Source of the DNA: a virus
Lineage: Duplodnaviria > Caudoviricetes
DNA: 41,656 nucleotides
IMG/VR virus record: IMGVR_UViG_3300037424_000450
Span: 1-41,656 of that record
Direction: 5' to 3' (one strand)
Part shown: positions 7,060-16,253 of the stretch, in pieces
How the letters are laid out: each line of letters begins with the position of its first letter
Position numbering within the stretch: the stretch's first letter is position 1
Made by a program: the position numbers and the translations under genes
The notes under the pieces: generated by a model
The model's input: the letters and a program-made list of their open reading frames with translations, nothing else
Database searches by the model: none
What the model was told of the DNA's origin: nothing

Positions 7060-8266
7060 TAAGCAGGCCGAGTTCCTCCTGTGCTTCGAGCGAGAAGCGT
7101 TCTACGGGGGCGCGGCCGGCGGTGGCAAGTCCGACGCGCTGCTCATGGCGGCACTCATGTTCGTCGAGTCTCCCGGATACGCCGCGCTGTTGCTTCGCAG
7201 GACGTACAAGGACCTCTCGCTCCCCAAGGCTCTCATGGACAGGGCGGGCGAGTGGCTCGGGCCGACAGCCGCCAAGTGGGACGACGTAGAGAAGCGCTGG
7301 ACGTTCCCTTCGGGGGCAACGCTGACCTTCGGGTACTTGAAGGCCGAGCGGGACAAGTACCAGTACCAGTCGGCGGAGTTTCAGTTCATCGGCTTCGACG
7401 AACTCACACAGTTCACCGAGACGCAGTACCGATATCTTTCCTCCAGGCGCAGAAGGCTGGAGGGCGTAGGAATACCACTCAGGACGCGCACTGCCTCCAA
7501 CCCCGGCGGCGGCGGCCACGAATGGGTGAAGCGACGGTTCGTCACAGAGGGCGCGTTGCACGGCCGGCCCTTCATCCCGGCGAGGCTGGAGGACAACCCG
7601 CACCTCGACATCGAGGAATATGAGGAGTCGCTCGCCGAGCTCGACCCGGTAACACGGGCGCAACTGCGGAGCGGCGACTGGGATATAGCCGGTGGCTCGA
7701 AGTTCCAGCGGCAGTGGTTCCCGATAGTCTCCGAGGTCCCCGCAGACATGAAGCTGGTCAGGCGCTGGGACCTGGCGGCGACGGACCCGAAGGAAGGCGG
7801 GGAGCCCGACTACACCGCCGGGGCCCTGGTCGGACTCAAGGACGGGATCTGGTACGTCTGCGATATGCGCCGAGTGCGAAGGACTCCGGGCGAGGTCGAG
7901 AAGCTCGTCAGGCAGACCGCGCAGGTGGACGGCAAGCCCGTAGCGATCGGCATGGAGCAGGAGCCGGGCGCGTCGGGCAAGAGCATGATCGCCCACTACC
8001 GCAACGACATCCTCGTCGGCTTTGACTTCCGGGGCTATCCGAGCACCGGCTCGAAGGAGATTCGCGCCAACCCCGTATCGTCGGCGGCGGAGGCGGGCAA
8101 CGTGCGGCTTCTCGAGGGAAGCTGGAACGGGGCCTTCCTTGATGAGTTCGAGGCGTTTCCCCAAGGCACGCACGACGACCAGGTGGACTCGGTGTCCGGG
8201 GCGTTCGATATGTTGACAGGGAAGAAGCTGGGCACGGCACGCACGACACAGAAGAGGTTCAGATGA
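6977..8266 (+). CDS. terL: Terminase large subunit
   Basis: Walker A GGAAGGGKS, Walker B FIGFDE, TASNPGG, nuclease WDLA...DYT and HDDQVD. Confidence 0.96.
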   Translation: MRASSDDLREALRVLVLENPWIPHNPTDKQAEFLLCFEREAFYGGAAGGGKSDALLMAALMFVESPGYAALLLRRTYKDLSLPKALMDRAGEWLGPTAAKWDDVEKRWTFPSGATLTFGYLKAERDKYQYQSAEFQFIGFDELTQFTETQYRYLSSRRRRLEGVGIPLRTRTASNPGGGGHEWVKRRFVTEGALHGRPFIPARLEDNPHLDIEEYEESLAELDPVTRAQLRSGDWDIAGGSKFQRQWFPIVSEVPADMKLVRRWDLAATDPKEGGEPDYTAGALVGLKDGIWYVCDMRRVRRTPGEVEKLVRQTAQVDGKPVAIGMEQEPGASGKSMIAHYRNDILVGFDFRGYPSTGSKEIRANPVSSAAEAGNVRLLEGSWNGAFLDEFEAFPQGTHDDQVDSVSGAFDMLTGKKLGTARTTQKRFR

Positions 8267-9780
8267 TCGGTGCGCTCGAAAAACTAGCACGGGTGGCCTA
8301 CCCCCCCGAGTTGAAGCTGTATAACGAAGACGCCAAGAAGCGTGTCCTTGCCGCGAAGAAAGCGCAGGACTACTACGACGGAACCTTCTGGCAGCACATC
8401 GCGGGCGAGGTTGCCGAGTGGGGTCAGTACCAGCAACTCCCCGAGCGCAACACGGGCCACGACTACCACAACCACAGACGCCCGCACGCACGCCCCGACG
8501 ACATCCCTTCCAAGCTCTCCCTGCGGTATCCGAAGTTCTTCATCGACGAACTGGCTTCGTGGATGTTCGAGAACCCCATCGGTATGAAGTGCGAGAACGC
8601 GAAATATTACGCGCAGATCGAGAAGACGCACAAGGACAACAAGCTCGACCAGAAGCTGATGCAGTCGGCGGTCGAAGGTTGCCTGACCGGGGGTGTGGCG
8701 GCGAAGGTTCTCTACAACCCCGTCGTCGGTCAGACCCGCGTGCTCCTGCGTCCCTCTCGTGAGTGCTTCCCCGTGATGAACGCCGAGGACGAGGACATCA
8801 TGGAGAAGGTCCACTTCTGCTACTTCCTCGACGACGACAAGACGGTCTGGAAGCAGACGTTTGAGCTCTTTGACGGCGTTTGCCACGTCTGGGAGGCTCT
8901 CTACGACATCTCCAAAATCGGCGAGAAGGGCGAGGCCGAACCGAAAGAGATCATCCGCAACTGGGAGCCGCTGTTCAGCGGGAACCAGACCATCGACTTC
9001 ATCCCCGTAATCCTCATCCCCAACGAACCGAATCTCGGGGACGTATTCGGAGCGTCCGACCTCGAGTCACTGTACAGCCCGATAAACGACGTGTGCCGCA
9101 AGCTCTCCGACGGAAGCGACGCGCTCCAGTTCGAGCTGTTCCCGATCAACCTCCTCATCAACGCGGAGCAATCGCAGATAGACGCCCTGGAAGTCTCGCC
9201 CGGCGCGGTGTGGGACCTCAAGGGCGGGGACGCCGACCACCCGGTCGATGCCCGCAAGCTCGAGAGCGCGATGAGCAACATGGAGCACCTCGAAGCGTAC
9301 GTGGACAGGCTTCTGGACATGGCGCACCAGTTCTCCGGGGTCCCGAGGATAACCAGGGACAAGATCGACTCGCTCGGCAACATGAGCGGCGTCGCGATGA
9401 AGCTCCTGTTCTTCTCTGTCGTCTCGAAGTGCAACCGCAAGATGATGTACTGGAAGCCCGCGCTCACAGAGGTCTACGACTACGCACTGCGCACCGCGAA
9501 GGTCTACGAGGGCTTCTCCTATGAGCCCGAAGACCTCGGCCTTCAGATAGAAGCCACCCCCCGAGTCCCGCAGAACGAGCTCGAGCAGCTGGAGATACAA
9601 GCCAAAGAGATCGAGATGCTGGTCAAAAGCGTGGTGACGGTCATGCAGGAGCGCGGCGTACCGAATCCCAAGGAAGCCCTCGCCGAGATACTGGCTGAGA
9701 GGACGCAGATAGACGACACGTTCAATCCCGACCTGACCGGCTCCAGGATAGCGAGGGAGGCTGAGGGAGAGACGCCGTGA
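8263..9780 (+). CDS. Portal protein (SPP1 gp6-like)
   Basis: Position after TerL; 505 aa; DYYDG, FIPVILIPN, GASDLE and SGVAMKL motifs. Confidence 0.9.
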   Translation: MIGALEKLARVAYPPELKLYNEDAKKRVLAAKKAQDYYDGTFWQHIAGEVAEWGQYQQLPERNTGHDYHNHRRPHARPDDIPSKLSLRYPKFFIDELASWMFENPIGMKCENAKYYAQIEKTHKDNKLDQKLMQSAVEGCLTGGVAAKVLYNPVVGQTRVLLRPSRECFPVMNAEDEDIMEKVHFCYFLDDDKTVWKQTFELFDGVCHVWEALYDISKIGEKGEAEPKEIIRNWEPLFSGNQTIDFIPVILIPNEPNLGDVFGASDLESLYSPINDVCRKLSDGSDALQFELFPINLLINAEQSQIDALEVSPGAVWDLKGGDADHPVDARKLESAMSNMEHLEAYVDRLLDMAHQFSGVPRITRDKIDSLGNMSGVAMKLLFFSVVSKCNRKMMYWKPALTEVYDYALRTAKVYEGFSYEPEDLGLQIEATPRVPQNELEQLEIQAKEIEMLVKSVVTVMQERGVPNPKEALAEILAERTQIDDTFNPDLTGSRIAREAEGETP

Positions 9781-10769
9781 AGCCCGACCCCCGGTTCGCG
9801 AAGTACATGGCTCGGGCTCGCTCCGAAGCCTTTCGTCGGCTCTCTCAGTACGACAGGCAGGTTGCCAAGATCTACCTCGACCTTCTGGCGCAGGTGAATG
9901 ATGAGCTGGCCAAAGCCCCGACAGACTTTGCCCGCTGGCACCTGAAGCAGGTCGTCAGCAACCTCTCACAGGCGGCGAAGGACGCGCAGGCCGGTTACGA
10001 GACGCTCATCGAGAAGGCCCTTCGTGAAGCGGCAGGGATTCAGACCGACTACTTCCGCACCGCGTCGAATCCGTTCTGGGATGCTCTGGAGAAGCGGGCG
10101 GGAATATCCGTCAACACGGAGAAGCTCATCGGGCGCATCCCTACCGAAGCGGTGCGGATACTGTACGGGCGCACCTACGAGGACGGACTCTTCCTCTCCG
10201 ACCGTATCTGGAAGGTAGGGCAGGCGTCTCGAAGCGGCATCTCCCGTATCGTCACGGAGGGCATGGCGCGAGGGTTGCACTACGACGACCCGAGAATAGC
10301 CGAGCAGTTGAAGCGGTTCCTCCAGCCGGCAAGGCAGGGGAAGAAGCTCAGCCCGCAGATCACGCGCAAGCTGGCAGACGGCACGAAGTTCACCTTCCGC
10401 CAGCGGCCCGTGTCCTTCGACGCGGCGCGGCTGTTGCGCAACGAGTTCATGGAGTCGTTCAAGACGGCGCAACACTTGTCGGCTGAACGCAACCCCGCTT
10501 GCTACGGCGAGCAGTGGCTACTTTCCGCGGAACACCCGCTCATCGGATGTGACTGCGAGGGGTACGCGCAACATGACGAGGGGCTGGGCGAGGGAGTCTA
10601 TGCACTGGGAGACCTGCCGATGACGCCCCATCCTGCGTGTTTATGCACGTGGCAGCAGGTGACCGTGGCGATGGCAGCGTTCAACGACTGGATAGACGAG
10701 TACATGAAGAACGGGACTGGGAAGATAGACGACTGGTGGCAGCGGAACGCATTGGAGATGGCAGCATGA
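9777..10769 (+). CDS. Head morphogenesis / minor capsid protein (SPP1 gp7-like)
   Basis: Position after portal; LSDRIW, ARLLRNE, CDC...GLGEGVY...PHPACLC. Confidence 0.8.
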   Translation: MKPDPRFAKYMARARSEAFRRLSQYDRQVAKIYLDLLAQVNDELAKAPTDFARWHLKQVVSNLSQAAKDAQAGYETLIEKALREAAGIQTDYFRTASNPFWDALEKRAGISVNTEKLIGRIPTEAVRILYGRTYEDGLFLSDRIWKVGQASRSGISRIVTEGMARGLHYDDPRIAEQLKRFLQPARQGKKLSPQITRKLADGTKFTFRQRPVSFDAARLLRNEFMESFKTAQHLSAERNPACYGEQWLLSAEHPLIGCDCEGYAQHDEGLGEGVYALGDLPMTPHPACLCTWQQVTVAMAAFNDWIDEYMKNGTGKIDDWWQRNALEMAA

Positions 10770-10894
10770 ACATGGGCACGCTTCACGTGAGCATAGAAGT
10801 CCTCATCTACGACTGGACAGTCTTCTGGAGACAGTCGGGGTTCGTGTGCGATTGGAAACCCGTCTGTCGTTTCGTGGATGGCGGAGACGACTGA
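10766..10894 (+). CDS. Hypothetical 42-aa protein
   Basis: GGAG SD, ATGA overlap. Confidence 0.35.
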   Translation: MNMGTLHVSIEVLIYDWTVFWRQSGFVCDWKPVCRFVDGGDD

Positions 10895-10925
10895 AAACAC
10901 ACCGCTTCGGCGGTTCACATACATC

Positions 10926-10955
10926 GAGCCCTCGGAAACTCCGGGGGCTTCTTTC
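10926..10955 (+). terminator. Terminator-like hairpin upstream of the scaffold gene
   Basis: GAGCCCTCGGA-AAC-TCCGGGGGCTT followed by CTTTC (weak U-tract). Confidence 0.5.
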
Positions 10956-10973
10956 GTACCAGGAGGTACTGAC

Positions 10974-11570
10974 ATGGCCGAGCAGACTGATACGGGCACG
11001 GAGACAGGGCAGGAGACTGCGGGAACCCCGCCGGCTTCGCCACCTTCGGGCACGGATTACGAAGCGCAGGTAAAGCATTTCCAGTCCATCGCGGACAAGC
11101 GAGATGCGGACAACAAGTCCTTGAAGGCTGAACTCGACGCTCTCAAGGCAACCCAGGAAGAAGCCACGAAGAAGGATCTCGAAGAGCAGAAGAAGTTCCA
11201 GGAACTTTACACGGGCTCGGAGCAGAAGGTGGCAGAGCTCACCGCTCAAGCCGCCTCGCTGAACCTGCGCGTGAAGCTACAGGAACACCTCGCCGAGAAA
11301 CATCCTGACTACGCCCCGGACTTCAGGTGGATACACCCGCACGTGACCTCAGAAGAAGACATTGCCTCGGTCACTGAGGATTACGTAAAGGCCCACCCGA
11401 GGACCCCGGGAAGTGGCGCGGCCTCTCCGGGCAACCGCGGCGCAGGGGGCGCAGGCCAGAAGACGATCTCGAAGGCCGACCTCGCTGACCCCGCGAAAGC
11501 GGCGGCCCTCCTCAAAGAGGACCCCGACCTCACCGCCAAGATCGAAAAGGGTGAGGTGCTTCTCATCTAG
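10974..11570 (+). CDS. Head scaffolding protein
   Basis: AGGAGGT SD before ATG 10974; acidic disordered N-terminus plus coiled coil; immediately precedes the capsid gene. Confidence 0.8.
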   Translation: MAEQTDTGTETGQETAGTPPASPPSGTDYEAQVKHFQSIADKRDADNKSLKAELDALKATQEEATKKDLEEQKKFQELYTGSEQKVAELTAQAASLNLRVKLQEHLAEKHPDYAPDFRWIHPHVTSEEDIASVTEDYVKAHPRTPGSGAASPGNRGAGGAGQKTISKADLADPAKAAALLKEDPDLTAKIEKGEVLLI

Positions 11571-11596
11571 CCATCGGAAAGGGGGTGTAACACAAA

Positions 11597-12574
11597 ATGG
11601 CTACACTCGACAAGACTGAAATCGCTGCCCACATACCCGTACTATACGGGCGAATGATACTGCAAGAGGCACAGGCACTGAGCTTCTGGGAGAAGTTCAT
11701 CGGGCCAGAGGGCTCGAATATGCCCATCATCTCCAAGGAGGACCTGACCAAGGAAGCGGGCGATACGATCCGCATCCACACGGTCAAGAACCTCACCGGT
11801 GCTGGTGTCTCAGGTGACAGCGCCCTGGAAACAAACGAAGAGCAGCTCGCTTTCGACTACCAGGACGTCAGCATCACGCAGTACAGGCACGCGACACGAC
11901 ACAACAAGACCGCAGCGGAACAGGGTATCTTCAACCTGGCCGAGGTCTCAAGGGGCGCGCTTGCCCGGTGGCTCGCAACGAACCTACTGGACACGCAGAC
12001 CTTCACCGCTCTGACCACCTCCCCGGACAACATCGTCTACGCGGGAGATGCGACGACAGTGAACACTATCGACAGTGCTGACGACCTGGACACAGCGGCC
12101 ATCTCCCTCGCAAGGGTGAAGGCCGAGGATCTCCTGATCCCGCCCGCGTTCGTCATAGACGGCCAGGCTTTCTATGGCATGGTCGTGCATCCGTACCAGG
12201 CGTACAGCCTCAAGCAGGACACTGTCTGGCAGAACGCCCAGCGTGATGCGATGCCGCGAGGCATGGACAACCCGCTGTTCACCGGTGCTCTCGGGCACTG
12301 GGACGGCGTGGTCCTGTATCCGCACTCCCGCGTACCCCGAGCCGAGAACGCGAACTCTCCCGCCATATACACGGGGGACGCCGTTCTGTTCGGCGCAGGT
12401 GCCGCGGTAAGGGCTTACGGACGCTATCCCGAGTGGATAGTCGAGACCTTCGACTACGGCAACCAGATCGGTACTGCTATCGCGCTGGTGACCGGAATCG
12501 TGAAGGTGACTCTCGACAACATCGACCAGGGACTCGTCATCGTACGGTCCGCGGCTGTCGATCCCAACGCCTGA
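11597..12574 (+). CDS. Major capsid protein (N4-gp56/DUF4043-like)
   Basis: DLTKEAGDTI...LTGAGVSGDSALETNEE, VVHPYQAYSLK, NPLFTGALGHWDGV, ETFDYGN. Confidence 0.9.
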   Translation: MATLDKTEIAAHIPVLYGRMILQEAQALSFWEKFIGPEGSNMPIISKEDLTKEAGDTIRIHTVKNLTGAGVSGDSALETNEEQLAFDYQDVSITQYRHATRHNKTAAEQGIFNLAEVSRGALARWLATNLLDTQTFTALTTSPDNIVYAGDATTVNTIDSADDLDTAAISLARVKAEDLLIPPAFVIDGQAFYGMVVHPYQAYSLKQDTVWQNAQRDAMPRGMDNPLFTGALGHWDGVVLYPHSRVPRAENANSPAIYTGDAVLFGAGAAVRAYGRYPEWIVETFDYGNQIGTAIALVTGIVKVTLDNIDQGLVIVRSAAVDPNA

Positions 12575-12598
12575 GCGAACCCTGACAAGGAGGTGTGA

Positions 12599-12624
12599 GA
12601 GGGGGGGCTTCACGGCCCCCCTTC
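12599..12624 (+). promoter_or_regulatory. GC-rich hairpin after the capsid gene, lying between an SD and the next ATG
   Basis: GAGGGGGGGC-TTCACG-GCCCCCCTTC; AGGAGGT at 12588-12594; no U-tract. Confidence 0.5.
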
Positions 12625-12631
12625 GACCCCT

Positions 12632-12928
12632 ATGATCCGATTTCTTTCCTACATCGGCACCAAGGATGTGAAGGCCATCAACATCGCCTGCGGGCGCAAG
12701 GTGGTCTTCACCCGTGGTGAGCCGGTGGACATCGTGGAAGCCGGGATGGAGCAGCGCAAGGCGAAGCAGATCCTGAAGACGGGACTCTTCAAGTTGCACG
12801 GTGAGAAGGCTGTCCCTTTCGACATCCCGGAGGCCGACCCCGTGGTGGACCCCAACACCTGTACCTGCGGGAAGGTCTGCAAGAACCTGGCGGGGCTCAA
12901 GGCTCACCAGCGGAGATGCTCCGGGTGA
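12632..12928 (+). CDS. Small head-module protein with C-terminal C2H2-like finger
   Basis: CTCGKVCKNLAGLKAHQRRC. Confidence 0.7.
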   Translation: MIRFLSYIGTKDVKAINIACGRKVVFTRGEPVDIVEAGMEQRKAKQILKTGLFKLHGEKAVPFDIPEADPVVDPNTCTCGKVCKNLAGLKAHQRRCSG

Positions 12929-14334
12929 AGTTCTCCGACCCGTTCGACTACACCGGGTTGGTGCTGAACGTACTGACCCGGACATCGGACAGGCCGAACC
13001 GCTTCAGACGGTGCAGGGAATCCCTGGAGGCCCAGGAGTGGAGCGGACATATCCGTCATGTCGTCTCCGTTGACCGTCCCTGCACCTACGTCGAGGCCGA
13101 TACGGTGGTCCCGGCGACGGGGCGCATATCTCCCGAGGTGCCCGACAATCACAGGCACCACAGGGATGCACCTTATAACCTTTTCGTGAACGACCTCCTG
13201 AGCGCCGTGACGGACGGCTGGATACTCGTTCTCGACGATGACGACGAACTGTTGGACCCCGAAGCCCTCTGTAAGCTCGAGCCGCACATGGGCGACGAGG
13301 ACAACATGGTCGTCTTCAAGTTCGCGATGGGCGACGGGAGGGGCAAGCGCGATTTCGTCATGCCGAAGGCGCACGGCAAGGCTCTGGTCCCGAACGACGT
13401 GCCCTGCTCCTGCTACATCTACCACTCGAAGCACAGAGAAGTTGGTATGTGGCATGGCAAGTACTCCGGAGATTACTTCGCCGCCTCGAACCTGGCGAAG
13501 AAACTGAACATCGTCTGGGTTGACGAGGTGCTGGCCGGCACGCAGGTCGGGCCTTCCGAGGGTTCGACAGAGCACGTCAAATACTCGAAGTGGAAGGCGC
13601 GTAACATCGCACAGGACCAGAAGCCGACGTTCGTCTCGATCATCATCCCGGTTCTCAATCAGGTTGAACTGACGAAGGCGGTCCTTGAGAACATCGCCGA
13701 CACAGTGACGATCCCCTACGAGATAATCGTCATCGACAACGCTTCGACCGACGCCACGGCTGACTTTCTCAAGCACCAGAAAGTGACGGTCATCCGCAAC
13801 AAGAAGAACTACGGGATGAGCGTCGCGTGGAACCAGGGGGGGCGAAAAGCAAGAGGTACACACCTCGCGTTCCTGAACAACGACCTGGTCCTCCCTGACG
13901 GCTGGCTGGACAAACTTTTGGAGCACGACGAGCACGCTATCTGCCCCTCCTACGAGCAGGGGATGGACTTGCGAGAGGACTTTGACAAGCGCAACAAGGC
14001 CTTGTTCAAGAGGACTCTCTGCGTGGAGGAAGCCGACGTACCGGGGTTGCACCCGAAAGGCTTTGCGGGGTTCATCTTCATGCTCTCCCGGGAAGTGTGG
14101 GACCGGGTCGGGAGGTTCGACGAGGAACTCCTCTACTGGTACGGCGACACCGATATGTACTGGCGCATGAAAGCCATGGGATACAGGCCGGTGATGTCGC
14201 GAAACGTCCTGGTGCACCACTGGAAGAACAAGACCTGCGACACCTTGGCCGACTTCATCCCGCAGAGGGAGAAGGACCGCAAGGTCTTCTTGGGGAGGTG
14301 GCCCGATGGACTTCAACGCCGACCGGGCGAGTGA
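12916..14334 (+). CDS. Two-domain GT-A (GT2-like) glycosyltransferase
   Basis: N-domain ILVLDDDD; C-domain VSIIIPVLNQ, IVIDNASTD, AFLNND, GRFDE...YGDTD (start may be GTG 12925). Confidence 0.9.
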   Translation: MLRVKFSDPFDYTGLVLNVLTRTSDRPNRFRRCRESLEAQEWSGHIRHVVSVDRPCTYVEADTVVPATGRISPEVPDNHRHHRDAPYNLFVNDLLSAVTDGWILVLDDDDELLDPEALCKLEPHMGDEDNMVVFKFAMGDGRGKRDFVMPKAHGKALVPNDVPCSCYIYHSKHREVGMWHGKYSGDYFAASNLAKKLNIVWVDEVLAGTQVGPSEGSTEHVKYSKWKARNIAQDQKPTFVSIIIPVLNQVELTKAVLENIADTVTIPYEIIVIDNASTDATADFLKHQKVTVIRNKKNYGMSVAWNQGGRKARGTHLAFLNNDLVLPDGWLDKLLEHDEHAICPSYEQGMDLREDFDKRNKALFKRTLCVEEADVPGLHPKGFAGFIFMLSREVWDRVGRFDEELLYWYGDTDMYWRMKAMGYRPVMSRNVLVHHWKNKTCDTLADFIPQREKDRKVFLGRWPDGLQRRPGE

Positions 14335-14911
14335 AGAACTGACGAAGGTAGACCTCTCGGGCCTGGAGTTCACGCCGAACGGCTGGTTCTCTTTCGGCGA
14401 CTCGGCGATGCTCTACCACTTCGCGAAGACCGCGCAGCGAATCGTCGAGGTTGGGTGCGGGTACTCGACGGACATCATCAACCAGGTCCGCCAGGGTTCC
14501 CTGGTCTGCATCGACCCCGAGCCACGCAAGGACATCGAGGCCACGCGGATAATCCAGCAGCCGGTACAGACCGTGGACCCCGAGTTGATAGCCGAGTGCG
14601 ACCTGCTCTTCATCGACTCCTCTCACATCTGGGCGGCCGGGGATCTCCCATTCCTCTACGAGCAGGTCTTTCCCCTGCTACAGAAGGGGACGCTGGTCCA
14701 CTCGCACGACATCTTTCTGCCCGACGACTATTCCCCGGCGTGGCAACCAAGGCACTACGACGAGCAGTACCACCTCGCGGCTCTGTTGGAGACGGACGCC
14801 TTCGAGGTTATCTGGCCGGGCTATTGGATGGCGACACGACACCCCGAGGTGACGAAGAAGTACCTCGGGACGAACACGAGCATGGGCTCACTCTGGATGG
14901 TGAAATGTTAG
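14306..14911 (+). CDS. Class I SAM-dependent methyltransferase (Methyltransf_24-like)
   Basis: IVEVGCGYST, DLLFIDSSH, VHSHDIFLPDDY, YDEQY. Confidence 0.88.
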   Translation: MDFNADRASEELTKVDLSGLEFTPNGWFSFGDSAMLYHFAKTAQRIVEVGCGYSTDIINQVRQGSLVCIDPEPRKDIEATRIIQQPVQTVDPELIAECDLLFIDSSHIWAAGDLPFLYEQVFPLLQKGTLVHSHDIFLPDDYSPAWQPRHYDEQYHLAALLETDAFEVIWPGYWMATRHPEVTKKYLGTNTSMGSLWMVKC

Positions 14912-15708
14912 TCGAAAAAGATATCTACGGCTCGATTATGCTCCTGGACACGGAGGACGCCGGGCTTTCGGCGGACCTCTGGAAGGACGGGACGCGGGAG
15001 TGGAACTGCCCCGACCTCATCCACCAGATAGTCAAGCCGGGTTGGACCTGTCTCGAGGCGGGCTCGAACCTGGGATTCTACGCTTTCATGGAGGCGAAGC
15101 TGACTGGACCGTCGGGCAGGGTGTACGCTATCGAGCCGAACCCCGGCTCCTGCGACATCATCGAAGAAGCGCGGAAGCTGAACGGCTACGACAACCTCTC
15201 GGTCCACTGCCTCGCCATCGGGGACAGGAACCGGATGAACGACTTCCTCATCGAGCACCGCTCCAACCTCTGCCGCATGGTCAAGACGAAGGCGCGGGAC
15301 ATCCCCGAGAGGGCGATAAGAGAGGTCATCAAGGTCACGGAGATGACGCTGGACTCGTTCTGCCAGGCTGAAGAAGTGGGGCCGCTGGACTTCTTGAGAT
15401 TCGACATCGAGTCCTACGAGGTCGAGCTCATCAAGGGAGCGCAGAAGACCCTGGCAGCGATGCCTGTCGGGTCGTGGATGTTCGGCGAGTTCCACACAAT
15501 ACATTTCGAGGACCCGGTGAAGCACCTGCAGCCGGCCATCCAGTCGGTCATCGACCACGGCTTCATCCCCCGCCACGTCGTGCATATGCTGGACGCGAGC
15601 GCGCACCCGGTAGAGGGCGTGGAAAACATGGACCCCGCGGATTTCGCAAGGGCCTGTTGCGAGGACTACCCGCAGAGTGCCCCGCGAGTGTTCTTCGAGA
15701 AGGTCTGA
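14905..15708 (+). CDS. FkbM-family methyltransferase
   Basis: LEAGSNLGFYA, GRVYAIEPN, TLDSF, FLRFDIESYE. Confidence 0.88.
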   Translation: MLVEKDIYGSIMLLDTEDAGLSADLWKDGTREWNCPDLIHQIVKPGWTCLEAGSNLGFYAFMEAKLTGPSGRVYAIEPNPGSCDIIEEARKLNGYDNLSVHCLAIGDRNRMNDFLIEHRSNLCRMVKTKARDIPERAIREVIKVTEMTLDSFCQAEEVGPLDFLRFDIESYEVELIKGAQKTLAAMPVGSWMFGEFHTIHFEDPVKHLQPAIQSVIDHGFIPRHVVHMLDASAHPVEGVENMDPADFARACCEDYPQSAPRVFFEKV

Positions 15709-16253
15709 TGGGCGACATCATAGAGCTGAAAGACCAGTACCCGGACTTCGACATCGGGCGCTATACATATGCTTCGGGGCCGCTGAACTTCAACAATATG
15801 CCGTGTCCGGTGAGGATAGGCGCGTACTGCTCGATCGCCGCCGGCCTGGAGTTTAACATCGGGGGCGGTCATCACCTGGACTGCGTGTCCACATATCCGT
15901 TCGACGCCCTTGATCACTGGGCAGAAGCCGACGGCCCGCTCTACCCGCACCACCGGGGGCTAGAGGTTGTCATCGGTAACGACGTCTGGATAGGCCATGA
16001 CGTGGTCATCATGCACAACTCGCCTATCGGTGACGGGGCGGTCATCGGCGGCAACGCCGTTGTCCAGGGACCGGTCAGGCCGTATGCCGTGGTCTGGGGC
16101 AACCGCGCCGAGGAGAAATTCCGCAGGTTCGACGACGAGACGGTGGAGAGACTGTTGGCCTTGAAGTGGTGGGACTGGCCCGAAGAAATGGTCCGGGCGA
16201 ACATGAAGCTCATCACGAGCCCGGACGTGGAGGCATTGTGCTCAATCTCGTAA
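15708..16253 (+). CDS. Hexapeptide-repeat O-acetyltransferase (CatB/Vat-related)
   Basis: IGRYTY, IGAYCSIA, VSTYPF, VIGNDVWIG, IGDGAVIG, LALKWWDWP; TGATG overlap. Confidence 0.9.
   Translation: MGDIIELKDQYPDFDIGRYTYASGPLNFNNMPCPVRIGAYCSIAAGLEFNIGGGHHLDCVSTYPFDALDHWAEADGPLYPHHRGLEVVIGNDVWIGHDVVIMHNSPIGDGAVIGGNAVVQGPVRPYAVVWGNRAEEKFRRFDDETVERLLALKWWDWPEEMVRANMKLITSPDVEALCSIS

Noticed and set aside
6986-8491. Long minus-strand ORFs (also 11984-12985, 12904-14373, 22790-23695, 31785-33110)
   Set aside because: Antisense shadows of well-supported high-GC3 genes, with no motifs or SD signals
15708-16253. Antibiotic-resistance gene (vat/catB)
   Set aside because: The fold is shared, but coupling to glycosyl- and methyltransferases points to glycan O-acetylation; resistance is unsupported
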